From positions 87,978,001 to 88,042,000 of the forward strand of contig NC_042998.1 of the NCBI RefSeq assembly GCF_006345805.1: a stretch of 64,000 bases of DNA, read 5' to 3'. Shown in pieces: positions 1 to 12,655 of this stretch. A program made the position numbers and the translations under genes. Position 1 is the stretch's first letter. Every line of letters starts with the position of its first letter. The notes beneath the pieces are model-generated. The model saw nothing but the letters and a program-made list of their open reading frames with translations, had not been told where the DNA came from and did no database searches. The DNA comes from Octopus sinensis. Its lineage: Eukaryota.

Positions 1-190
1 AGAGCCAGTTTCTAACTTAGATCCAAGATTCCTTCATTGAAATTTCAACATTAACAGCAGGGTATTTTTGTTTGTTCGCTTGTTTGTTTATTTGTTTGTT
101 TGTGTGTATGTATGTATGTATGTATGTATGTATGTATGTATGTATGTATGTATGTATGTATGTTGTATGTATGTATGTATGTCTGTCTGC
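1..190 (-). repeat. Block of the (TACA)n-associated repeat end, plus (TGTT)n/(TGTA)n microsatellite
   Basis: 1-70 matches the blocks at about 10250-10315 and 10390-10460 (agagcc.gtttctaac.tagatccaag..ttcattg.aatttcaaca). Confidence 0.7.
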
Positions 191-608
191 CTGTACCAAC
201 CAGAATGGGTTAAGAAATGAATTTATTGTTGAAAATAGCCTACTAATATAAGAATAAAGTTGAAGGTAAATAATTATTGATTTAAGTATAGAATGAATTT
301 GAAGTACCGTCGTTGCACAGTGAGTAATTTCATTACAAACAAGTGGGTATTCAGTTAACGTAACACAAATAAAAACTCTTAATAGAGCTGAATGTAATGT
401 TACGGTCAAATACATCTCCAAATACTGAAGATTTGGTATTGTTTCTCAGTTTTACAGATCAGCTGAATGAATGAATTTCCAATGAATCTCCATTGTGTGT
501 TTTGCTTTATGCCGATTCTTGAAGAAACATGAACTTTACTAGTGAGTAATTAAATATTTTACTGTTTGGCATAAAAAATTGTATCTTTCTTCTCTTTCCC
601 GCTAACTA

Positions 609-779
<171 letters not shown>

Positions 780-817
780 TTATGATAGTAGCCATTTTAA
801 ACATCATATGTTAGACA

Positions 818-860
<43 letters not shown>

Positions 861-2214
861 TATATTTATATTGTATATGCATATGTATGCATGTGTATAT
901 GTGTGTGTATGTGTGTGCATATGTGCGTATGTATGTGTGAATGTTTATGTGTACGTATTTTATTAAGTACTCCTCGGACACATGTACCCTTGATGTAATT
1001 TTCAAGCATAAACAGCATGGTACAGTGTGTGATGTGTTTGTACCTTTCCACTTGCAGCTGCAATCCACCCAAAGGGCTTCTTAGCAGTTTCCATCTGCTT
1101 AATTTCAGTCACAATGTATAGATTAACCTGGAGTTGTAGAAAGTGACAATTATGCAAAATGCCACGCAATGGCATTGAACTCGGAGATTCATGATTATGA
1201 AGCGAAATTCTTAAACATTCGGCTATACTACGCCTACATACACGCGCACACATATACACAAACACACATATATATGTGTGTGTATGCACACACAGCCATA
1301 CACATATATGTATACACACACACATACATACTTGTATACAGACAAGCACACATACTCATACACACGCGCGCACACATTTATATGCATTCATACACAAATC
1401 TGCACATTCTCAAATCAGTCTGCAATGGTTATTTGATGACTGCGACTGAATTCTGTTACACAAAAAAGACAAAAGGCACTAGACATCTCAAAGAAACAAT
1501 TTCATAGCATTACAACCCTTCTTCTTTCGATTGTACTACTTTACCCCCAACACCGCCTCACCCATAATCATCCTTCCACACACAAACTTCATCTACGTTT
1601 CATAATGGGATAAATACTGCTGCTGCAAGGAGTATTGAACAATGCACCTCCTTAGTAAAAAGGGAAACGTACTAAGTATTATATTTAATACAAGCGCAGC
1701 AAGCACTCAACTTAAATAACTACTTACTGCAGTCTAAGGAGGAAGCAAATGATATAATCGTTTATACTCTTTAGACTAACAAATAAACCACACACACACA
1801 CACATACACTTATTCACTAACATCTGTACAAACATACACATAAAGGTACATACAGTTTTAACATAGCATTGGTATGACATTTCTGATCGATTAAACAAAA
1901 TAAATATTTGGAATTTCAAGATAATTAATCGCTAGCTGATGTTCTGTTAAGGGAAATAACTCGATGTTATATTTCTGTGTGAGATTAAGACATTGATATT
2001 CTAACGGAGGTACACAGCCGCACGTTTGAAAGAAGACAACATTTGATTAAACTAAGCTAGTATTTGGCTGGTATTTAATTTTATCGATTGCTGAAGAGTC
2101 GACTCCAGCGAGATTTGAACTGAGAATTTAAGGGGACGTAACTAATTACTGTAAGACATTTTGATCGCCCTTGTGTGCAAATAAAATATTGAATATATTT
2201 TCATAAGTTGAAGA

Positions 2215-3065
2215 CTAAGTATAGGGCACAGACGAACTGTGGACAGGAACTTCACTGCGGGCTAGCTAGGAAGCTAGTTTGTAGCGAAGTCGACTTCCGA
2301 TTAAGCGGACTTCTACGAAGCAGGGGTTGACTAGCGGCTGTCGCCCTCATGCATTTCATTAATCAAATGAAGACGACAGCTGACTGTCAACTTTTGCATC
2401 GCAAAAGTCCGCTTAACCGGAAATCTTCTTTGCTGCAGACCAGCTCCGTAGCTAGCCTGCAACGAACTTCTTGTCTACTGTTCGTAAATCCTTGGGGAGT
2501 GTCCTACACCGGAACTGTTGACTGTCATTGGAACCGGGAAGGCGTTTTAACTGCCATGTTGACATGGGAATAGGGCGCAACTGGCCCACAATGTCTCTCA
2601 ATTGCGTGAGATATCTTTTGACAGCTGGGTCTGACTTTCTGTTCAGAAGGAACTCTCCTAGCACTTCAAGAGGTGCACCATACACCATTTCCGTGGAAGA
2701 AGCGTTTAGAATTTCCTTTGGGACGGTACAGATTCCCAACATGTTCCATGGAAGTTGATCAATCTAATTGGGCCTGTTAAGTCTGGTTGTCAAAGATTCC
2801 TTCAGGCAGCGGTGAAATTTATCCATAAACACGTTGTCCTGTGGATGTTAGGCTACTGTGCGCTTCATTGTGATTCCAAAAATGTCACATATGTCATTCC
2901 ACAGCTTTGAGGTGAATTGTGGTGCCCGATGGGGTGAGGTGTTGTTTGGGATACCGAAATGGGCAACCTAGTTTGTGATGAAGGCTTGGCTGACTTCTTG
3001 TTTCTGTGCTGCAGAGAGGAATAGTCTCAGGACAACGAGTGTAACGGTCTACCAAGGTCAGTAGG
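2215..3065 (-). mobile_element. Ty3/Gypsy LTR-retrotransposon integrase fragment (degenerate), with an inverted related segment at 2215-2343
   Basis: MLGICTVPKEILNASSTEMVYGAPLEVLGEF resembles the Gypsy integrase C-terminal LGIRT..KED..AS.AE.VYG motif. Upstream FESQLWNDICDIL and DKFHRCLKESLTTRL resemble integrase core. Confidence 0.75.
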
Positions 3066-3076
3066 TACGAGCAAAC

Positions 3077-4260
3077 CTATGAAAGGGGTAGGGTGCCAAC
3101 TAGGTCAATGTTGATGTGGTTGAAACAGGTCTGTTCTAACTGCATCATTCCTTTTCCCCCATTACTTCTAGGTAGGTACAGACGATCAACGTCTGCTTTT
3201 CGGTGGTGCATGTTCTTAGATTTTAGTAGTTTTCTTGTCTTTTTGTCCAGGCGTTGGAGTTCTGAAAGATTCCAGTTAATGATATTAAAACTGTATTGGA
3301 CTTCTAGAAGTGCTAGAGTGTTAATGGCTTCGATGTGATTTTTGGAGTTGAGGTCAGTTTTTAGTATGTGTCGTATTCTTCTGTAACGCTCCTTTCGTAT
3401 TTTTTCCTTCATAGTAGTATGTTGTATACCGTCTCCTTCGTTTATCTCCAGGTATTCATAGCGTCCTTGTGAGTTAAGCTCCTTGATGTTAGTGTCGGTG
3501 TCTAATTAAATGGAAGCTGTTTGCCTTAGCTTTTCTCTCACAAATGTTGCTTTAGCACACTTATCAAGGCCAAAATCCATCCCTGTATCATTGCTGAACG
3601 CTTCGTCATTCCTAGCAAACAGCTTCCGATCGTCCACATAAAACGGATGATTTACTATAACATCATGCATTTTGAACCCATAGCTGGTGTTACTCAGTTC
3701 GTTCGAGAATGGGATCAGTGCCATACAAAAGAGTAATGGAGAGAGGGGGGTCACCTTGAAAGATGCCTCTTTTGATGTTGATGTTGTTAGATTGGCTCAT
3801 CCTATTACTATGGTTTTGAAGGAGACGTTTATTCCATTTGGCCATGATACTTTGTAAGAATTTGGAGACTACAAGAGAGATCTTGTATATCTCAAGGGCC
3901 TTGAGTTGCCAATTATGTGGCACACTATCAAACGCTTTCCTGTTTTCTATCCATGCCATACTCGGGTTCTTGTTGCTTCGCCAATTTTCTACAATCATTT
4001 TATTTTTGAGTAATTGATCTTAGTATCCATAAGAATTCCTTTTGCAACCTTGTGGAAGAATAGATTTCTGTTCCAGGAAAGGGTATATACTTTCAGTTAG
4101 TATGGACGTCAGGATCTTGTCGGTGGTGTTGAGACAAGTAATTGGTCGGTAGTTCTTTGGATTTTCAGGTTTCAATTTTTGGTAGAAGGTATTTTGTTCC
4201 TTCGGTCAACTAGGAAGCTATTTGCTTTGGGTCTGAGTGACATCAGTTAGGGATGCTGCG
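3077..4260 (-). mobile_element. R4/Dong-type non-LTR retrotransposon RT fragment (frameshifted)
   Basis: NYRPITC-like start, KAFDSVPH, GIFQGD..SP, YVDD.KLF, KIRKERYRRIRHILKTDLNSKN..AINT, DVDRLYLPRSNGGKG; homologous to the element at 16.0-19.9 kb. Confidence 0.85.
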
Positions 4261-4274
4261 AAATGTTGGTGTAA

Positions 4275-4680
4275 TTATTATTATTATTATCATTATTATT
4301 CAGTGAGAGAACAATGCATGCCATCAAAGTGACACTGGGGTAAAATATACGAAGCCCATTATACCCATCATGACTACCCGTCTGATAAGGGTACACTAGG
4401 CACATGCATCACAACCATATGTGCGCGACATGGTGATCTCATATCAACATAAACAGCATATGACCTTGCAGGTGGGGCCCAGTTAGAATTTTCTTCTGGT
4501 TGAGTAATCCATCCCGCTCAAAAGGTCTCTGAATAAGGGTTGTTTAAGGATGTTAAACGAAACACCCATGTTTCCAGAGGTGAATTATTCAAACCCCAAA
4601 GAATCCCTCTCAACACATAGCTATGATGCTCCCCCACGACTCCTGCTCGTGATCAGAGATACACATATCGTCAGCCAGGT
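4275..4680 (-). mobile_element. Non-coding interspersed repeat with (TAA)n tail (SINE-like or LINE 3' UTR)
   Basis: Starts directly at an (ATT)n run. A second, rearranged copy lies at 21613-21777. Confidence 0.6.
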
Positions 4681-5941
4681 TAAGGTCAAACAACTGACAA
4701 GTAAATCTGTGATATTGAGCAGAACATTTGCTGTAGCCGATCTTTTATACCAAGACAAAACAAGGTACATAACACATCCAATCAGTTATGATCAGAAGCC
4801 ATGAGAGCCACTGCCTGGTACTGCATCAGGACATTTATCATCATCATCATCATCATCATTATTGTACAATCTAATCTTAACAGGAAATCATCAGTCACTG
4901 AAAAGACTTCAATGAGAGAGATTCCACGTAAGTGGTCCCAAACCTTTTTTATTTCTAAGGACCCTTTCAATGAAATAAATTTTCACCCATACCCGAGGCT
5001 TTTGAAAGTTTTGTTTGCTTCACAAACCCTGCCTTACACTAATAGTTTCACTATGAAACCCAGACTGGAAATTGCTGTTGCAAGTGGTCGTACTCCAGTT
5101 ATTTACAACTTACACTCTACTGTTTAAAAAAGTAGCTAATTTAGTCTTTGATACACTACGCCTGAGAAAAGAGACGGGATGGTCTAGATAGGAACGCGTT
5201 TGATTAACACGATCAAAGTTGTCTTTGAATTAAAAGACGATTGTTTGATCAATTCCCTTGAGGTCTGAACTTCAAAGACCGTTTCAGAGAGATTTAGTGT
5301 CAGAAAGCAGTCAACGGTGAGAGGATGTTTACAGTGAATTATTTCTGTGGATGAGCTAAAGTTAGTTCAATAAATCCCCAATTAGTAATGTGTTGTATTT
5401 TATAGAACCCGAAAAGATGAAATGTACAATCAATGCAAGCCGGGATTTGAATTCATATAAGTGAATGATTTAATTAGATACCATTAAGTGACATTTGAAA
5501 TAGTTATTCTGCCACTTCTTCTGATCTATGCATTTAAATTTCTTAAAGTAATTTTTAAATTAAAGAAATCAATAACTCAAAGGCATTACAGAAAATGGAA
5601 TTAAAATTACATAAACATCCTTATTTATAAACAGTCCATTATATTTCTGTATATTTTCAGCTGTAGATTGCCTTCGCAAACATTTAGTAGCATTTCCTCT
5701 TTGAGCTCTCTCTTTATATTGATGTAAACAATGCCCTTGACGATAAATTCCAACTCCGAAAATGGCAACCCTTCTGGCTTTGCTAACTGCTAATCTATCT
5801 CTCTCAGTATGAGATATTCAGGTTGCGTCGAGTTGGTGGCTAAGTGATAACGGAAATTAGGGCGTAAAACTATCATTTGCATAGGAGTGCGTGAGAGTGT
5901 GCGTGTGTATGGGTGTATATGCGTGCGTATGGGTGCTTAAT

Positions 5942-6060
5942 GAAGGCGCGCGGGGCTTATTAGTTAGAGTATTCGGCTCAAGATTGTAAGGTCGTGATTT
6001 CGATTACTGGCAACACGTTGTATCCTTGAACAAGACACTTTATTTCATGTTGTTCCAGTT
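5942..6060 (+). mobile_element. tRNA-derived SINE 5' fragment
   Basis: tRNA-like head followed by tgtatccttgaacaagacactttatttcatgttg, shared with copies at 33900-34230, 51222-51570 and 61330. Confidence 0.65.
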
Positions 6061-6614
6061 GTGCGTGTATGCGTGTGCCTGTATGTGTGTTTGTGTGTGT
6101 GTGCGTGCGTGCGTGCGTGCGTGCGTGTAATGTTAAAGTAGGGTGATGCTTTATATAAAGAGGGTATCATGCAGTAATTGAGCTCTGAAATAAATCAGAG
6201 TTGATATGATAGCCAAGGAGAGCCTTCTTGATGCTGACTATGAATGAATGAGCTGACAAAAAAACTTTCGATTTAAATGATAGACGGAAGGTTTTTTTCT
6301 GATATTAAGGACAGTAACAGATTTTAGTCTACAGATTTTGTTAAATTCCTCGTATGAAAGCAAGTTTTTACTATTTTTGGTAGTAGGAAAATCATGCTGT
6401 TGGTCAGAAAAGAGGGGCAGTTCTCTGAGATTATGAAAGAGGTGGTCGTTTAAAGCTGTTTTCATAACCTTTGCTACATTGGAAATGAGAGTTGCACCTC
6501 TTGGAATTGGGTCGAAGTATTTTGTGCATCCGTGCATATTAGCAGAGAAAGGGAGAGGGAGAGAGGAGGAGATGATGGGAAAGAGGGAGGAAAAAGAAGA
6601 GGAAGAGAGAGTGA

Positions 6615-6645
<31 letters not shown>

Positions 6646-6759
6646 GGAAAAGAGGGAAAGAAAATTGAATAGTTTGGTTCGGATAGAACCAAACTATTCA
6701 ATACTCTCCCTTTCTCGGGCTGCACTGACCAAACAGCCAAATTTTCATATTATATGTTT

Positions 6760-6880
6760 CTTTATTACCCACAAGGGGTAAACATAGAGGGGACAAACAA
6801 GGATAGACAAAGGGATTAAGTCAATTACATCTACCCCAGTGTGAAACTGGTACTTCATTTATTGATCCCGAAAGGATGAA
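6760..6880 (-). mobile_element. SINE body fragment
   Basis: cccacaagggg..aaacatagagggacaaacaaggatagacaaagggattaagtc..actggtac matches the 34.3-35.2 kb units. Confidence 0.7.
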
Positions 6881-7249
6881 ATTATAGCCTACAGCTTTAA
6901 GAAAAGCAAACTTTGGATAATAATAATAAGGCATTCCTTCGATACAACTCGACAAAATCAAAACACTTCACTTCGGGTATTTCCGTGAGTTGTGGAGTAT
7001 AGATATAACGAAATTATGCCAGCAATGCCTTGCATATTTGTTTCTTACCTGTTTCCACGTGTGTATGTAAAATCCGCAAATTTCCAAGCAGAAAACAGAA
7101 TCAAACTGTCATTTGCTTCCACGGAAATACCCAAACCGAAATGTCCCGACCCCGTCGAGCCACATCGAAAGAATGCCATAATAATAGTTCTAAATAATTT
7201 ATAACTGGAGAATTTTACGAATCCCCCCCCACTAAATGCAATAGCCACG

Positions 7250-8900
7250 ACTGGATCGCTTTTGATCAGGACCTACTTACTCTTCAACTCCACTTGTTTC
7301 TTTTCCTCGTTGTTCGTTTTCCTAAAGATGTTACAGTGTTTGCATTTTTCATGCTTGACTAAACTTGATTGGTGAAAAGTTTTGACTATATCAACTCGGG
7401 CTACACTGACTGTAGATCACAGCAGGAGCAGCATATTCTTCCTGTCATTTTGATGACCGATATGGCCGTAGGAGTTTTCGGAGTGAATATTTGTGCTCAT
7501 ATGGAGATGAATTAAGTTAGGTTGAGAATCGGAGTTTCAGGGCGAACAGGGAGTAATTAAATTATTTTATCAGCAAGTCTACTGCTTATATGTAATATAT
7601 CATGGTTACAGAGAAGTGAATCTTTGGGTAATGGAATTGAAATTTGTGCTGAAATTGGAGAGGCACGGAAGCTTGTAGACCATGCAATGTATAAATGGCA
7701 TTATTTTGCTTCCAAAATGCTCACTTTTATGTCTTGCAGTGCTAGATAAATACCTTCCATTTATTGACGGTGGTCGACTTTCTTAGAGTATTTTCGATAA
7801 TGTCATTTTCTTACATAAACGTAGCATATCTGCGATTGAACAATTTAAGGGATGCAAAATTGTGGACATTGTGGATTGGAGTAAGAAGATGTGTCTTTTA
7901 ATCATTTGCTTAACAGTTTTTGATGGGTTAGAGGTAAAAAAAAAATAATAAACACCAAGAATATACTCAAACTATAATTTGCGTGAAGATGTTGGTGATG
8001 AAGATAATGTTGTTATTAGGTTATTCCGAAAATAATGGCCGCTCTAAGTGTTGTGTTTTGAAACGCAATTGTATGACAGTATTTTAATCATATCTGAGGT
8101 GAATTTCGACATACTTAATAATTGATGTATGTTCTTTGATAATTTTATACTTATTTCAGACAGAAAACATTCTTGAAACATAGGCACCCTTAGTTATGAA
8201 CATGACAAAAAAGGACCTTCGCTTACTTTCCTTGCATGAGTTCAAACTTGGGTACAATGCCTTCCAAACTGCTGCCAATATCGACAGAGTATGGGGAGAG
8301 GAATCTACAAGTGATCGCACAGTACGAAGGTGGTTTCTGAGATTCCTTAGTGGTAATGTGAGCTTTGAAGATGAAGAAGGTAGAGGATGGTCATGCAGTC
8401 TCGACAATGAACAATTGAAAGCAATCGTTGAACATAACCCACGTCAAAGTGTCAGAGAAATGTCATCAGCATTTGGTGTCGGTATAGCAACAGTCTCACG
8501 CAATCTGCAGAAGATTGGTAAGGTGAAAAAGCTCGATAAATGGGTAAATCGGCCATTATTTTCGAAACAATCTATGTTCTTGTAAGAAGAACTCTTTGAT
8601 TAGGTTATGATGAGTGGTCATAAGATAAGAAAACAAAATACTGATGAACAGATAAAGATTGGATTTGGAAATATGAAAGTCGTCAATAGTGTTTTGCAAA
8701 GTTGGTATGTCGATCAGGGATATTGTAAAGAAAGAGGATATTAATATAGAAGGGTTCTTGGTGGAAAACACTTCAACATCTGTTGCTACCAGTGTCGATA
8801 TGAGATCAGAGCAAAACTAATCTAAAAGGAGAGTGGAAATGTGCACTTCTTGATGTATGGGATTGTAGCATGAAAAGCTTCTTTGTACCTAGAAGAACTT
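7250..8900 (-). mobile_element. Possible Penelope-like RT remnant, highly degenerate, interrupted by the mariner fragment
   Basis: Minus-strand pieces occur in the expected order: YIK..., LVATDVE (cf. LVSxDVxSL), WKVFI*HC (cf. W.RYIDD), LH....LQF...IHFSVTMIY. Weak, by-eye similarity. Confidence 0.3.
8196..8548 (+). mobile_element. Mariner transposase N-terminal (HTH) fragment
   Basis: LHEFKLG.NA..TA.NI..VWGE...S.RTVRRWF.RF.SG...FEDEEGRG...KIGKVKKLDKWV, truncated just before the WVPHEL motif. Confidence 0.85.
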
Positions 8901-9492
8901 TCCAGTAACTACACAACCGTATCAGTGACTAGGTCACGAAAATTCTGATATCTCGCAAAATAAATTGAGGGTTAAAATGAAAGTGTGATTTTTAGTTTAG
9001 ATAAATAATTCATTGTTATGCATATAATTATAATTTACAAATATACATATTCAGTGGATCATTTACAAGTAGCTCAACTAACCCCAAAGTAGATCTTTCT
9101 TATGCTCCCACTGCTCTTCTCTTATGTACTACGCTTCTTTTTCCCTTCTCTTTATATTTTACTACCTACACTCTATACTAAAATTATTATATTAGACTTA
9201 AGTTTCATCTTACCAAGCAATATTACGGAGCTAATACAGGCGAAACTTCGAAGTAAACTTACCAATGTTAATGAATATAATTTTGACGCACCAAACTTTC
9301 GAAGACGATTTATTTCAGGCGATAAAAATGTTTGATTTAATACCTGTAGCAGTCTGCTCCATAAAGACATTTAGCAGAAGATAGACATTTAGCAGTTAAA
9401 AAAAAAAGGGAATTCGTTTGTAAACTCTGACGAAAACAAAACTTTTTATGAGGTAAATAAGGATATATACCACTATCTCAGATTCGATCTTT

Positions 9493-9550
<58 letters not shown>

Positions 9551-10189
9551 ACGTACACGTATGTATGTATGTATCTGTCTATGTATGTAACAGGTCACTC
9601 TAAGTGCTACTTCTAACGCGTAATCCAGTATTGCATGGTCGGGCTGTCGGGAACTAAACCAGCAACCCTACCAACACTGCTTCGTAAGAAGGGTGGTTTC
9701 ACTGGACAACCAGCAAGTTGTCAAATCTGTTAAAGGGCGAATGAACTGAGAAGTATCGACGGTTATCCATCAAGAGGGAGTAAGAGACCGAGTGTTTGTT
9801 TAACTCTCTAGGAGGAGGAAATTTCTGATATAGCATCTTCGGTTGCGTCCAATGATGTAGACTAGGCCTTCGTGGGCAAATACATACGTCTTTTAGAGAA
9901 TGAGTTTAATCCCGTGCAAGGCCTTTCTTCAAGTTAAAAAGCTACAAGCACAGGCATTACTTTGATTTTTAACGTCTCAATAGAGATTATGTTGCCCATT
10001 ATGGATGGCTGTAGCTAAGAAAAGCAAGACATTCAATGAAAAATTTTACGATGCAATAAAGGCATGTGTCAGCGTGGGTGGTAAGTCTCGGAACACCTGC
10101 TGCAAGAGGCGCCCATCGGCGTCACATCTATACTGCTGATGTTTGAGAGAACACTCAAGATGTAACATTACTCGAAATCGAGTTGCAGT

Positions 10190-10319
10190 CATCCATCATG
10201 TATACCATTGTTCAGTTTTATTCCAAAATTCCTTGCCAATAGAGCAAGAGCCGGTTTCTAAACTACATCCAAAGTTCCTTCATTAGAATTGAACATCATC
10301 AACAGGATATTTTTGTTTG

Positions 10320-10352
<33 letters not shown>

Positions 10353-12079
10353 ATCATTCAGTTTATTTCAAGATTTCTTGCCAATAGAGAAAGAACCGGT
10401 TTCTAACCTAGATCCAAGGCTCTTTCATTGGAATTTCAACATCAACAACAGGGTATTTTTTATGTATGTATGTATGTATGTATGTATGTATGTATGTATG
10501 TATGTATGTATGTATTTTTGTATATGCGCAGATTTGTATGTTTTGTTTTATGTATGTATGTATGTATGAATGTATGTATGTATGCATGTATGTATGTATT
10601 TTTGTATATGCGCAGATTGTATATTTTGTTTTATGTATGTATTCTCATGCATATTATTGCTTATCTAGACATGCTCATATATATGTAAATGATAAATTTC
10701 TGGAAAGTTTTACAGATTTTTACAGCACCAGTGATGGATTGGATCTGTAGTCTTCGAATTAGCTTTTCCCTTTCTAGTTTTGTGAAGCCTAATTTCTCAA
10801 GATCGGTACTTAGGCAGTGTATTACATATCTCAGAACCCCAATGATTACAGGTATAAACCAGGATAGAGTAAATATAGATTTCTCAATAGTTCAGCGTAA
10901 GTATTCTGCTATTCACTGATCTTCAGCTTTATGTTGACATCCGTTGGGCAGCTAACTTCCACAATTTTACACAGTTTCTCTTCTCTATCCCAAATCTTTA
11001 TATCAGGTCTATTGTGTTTACATTTTATTGAGGTTTTCGCAGGGACATTCTATTATTATGAGTAGCTATGGCTTCTGCAATACCTATTTCTTTGGCCTCG
11101 GTGTTATCGTTCTGACGGATTTCAATATAAAGTGGCCTAGTTACATGTCTCATCAACAGATAATACCGTGATGACATTTTGGGGCAACTGCTTATCATGT
11201 AGGTAATATCTCCGTTGTTAATTCCACAAAGTCTGCATTGATTCTCACATTTTACTGCTTTTCCTGAATCTATCCCGTTTGTGCATCAAGTATTTGGTTG
11301 ATATTTCCTGTTCCTGCATTGTAAACGCATACCGTTCAAAGCGGGAGGTAGTAATCTAGCTATTGGTCCATGATAAACTGCTTTCATAGTCAATGTTACT
11401 ATCATCTCGGAGATTTCTATTAACATATCCCTGCATAGTCTTCTGCTCATATAGGTTCATCCTTTCATCTGATGATACGATGCGGTAGAGTCGTGCTTTT
11501 TGTTTGGGGGGGGGGGGCTATATTCTAGGTTATCACACAAAGAATGTTGCTCAAGGAGCTTCCTTCCAAATCTTATGATGTTATCAGCCTCATGTATGCA
11601 AACTTGGTCAGGGATGTATTTCGACAGTTGGTGGTTAAAAAATGTTGCCGATGGGATATGATGCCGAAGGGATATGATGCGACATTCAAAATCATTTTGG
11701 ACCGATGTTAAACCTGCCGCCTTGTTTTCGTTTTAGGCAGAGGCTGTCTACGTCACAGTTTATGTGGAAATTATGTGTGCTTGTTAGTATTTTTAGGGTT
11801 TTCAAATCAATAGCTCAGCTCTCATCAAGCAACCATTCAAGTAGCCTAGATGTTGGTATGAGTACTGGCACTGCAAACACATTGTGGGCAACTGTTTTAT
11901 TGAACGCAGAGAATTCTGAGGTCCAAATTTTCTTTATTCGGCTGTAATATTCTTTAGTGACACGTGTTTTGTTACAGGTGCTATTGTAAGATATGTTTTC
12001 ATCCAACCCTAGATACCTGTAACAGTCCTCGGCAGATATAGGGAAACAGTCAAATCATTGATGATGTTGCAAGTCTGGT
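10190..12079 (-). mobile_element. R4/Dong-type LINE 3' portion (RT thumb, Zn-knuckle, REL endonuclease, modular 3' UTR), flanked by (TGTA)n
   Basis: VTKEYYSRIKKIWTSEFSAFNKTVAHNVFAVPVL; C-terminal LGFTKLEREKLIRRLQIQSITGAVKICKTFQKF. (TATG)n starts at 12080 and also lies within and after the 3' UTR. Confidence 0.8.
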
Positions 12080-12108
12080 TTATGTATGTATGTATGTATG
12101 TATGTATG

Positions 12109-12142
<34 letters not shown>

Positions 12143-12262
12143 TTATGTGCGTATGTGTATGTATATATATGTTTGTATGTATGTAAAATTTAGATTCAGA
12201 TAAATATGGTACTTAAGTTGAGGCACCAAAATTTAGTACGGTATTATCCATACAATTTCAAA

Positions 12263-12583
12263 ATAAGGTGATTAGAATCAAAATAAGCAACAAAGATATC
12301 CAGAGGAAATGCAGTACGATCGTTTCACGCAACTCCATTTAATTAAGCAATACGACCATTACATCAATTTACTTCTTCCATTTTTGGAGATTTTAGGTAA
12401 AATTATACTAATGTGTCCAGCTGTTTTAATTTAATTAAATTCTGTCTTTGTGCAGCTGAGGATTGCTCTGCATTTAAATTGATGCAATGGTTTCATTGTT
12501 CAATTATGTGTAGTTGCGTGAAACGATCGTACTGCATTACCTCTGTATATCCTTGTTACTTATTTTGATTCTAATCACCTTAT
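12263..12583. mobile_element. Foldback/MITE-like element: 109-bp inverted arms (12263-12371 / 12475-12583), 103-bp spacer
   Basis: ataaggtgattagaatcaaaataag...acatcaattta is mirrored by taaattgatg...cttattttgattctaatcaccttat; TA at both ends. Confidence 0.8.
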
Positions 12584-12624
12584 GTATGTATGTATGTATG
12601 TATGTATGTATGTATGTATGTATG

Positions 12625-12655
<31 letters not shown>

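Noticed and set aside
455-546. Plus-strand acceptor/donor pair (ttttacag ... gtgagt)
   Set aside because: All three frames contain stops within 15 nt, and there are no partner exons.
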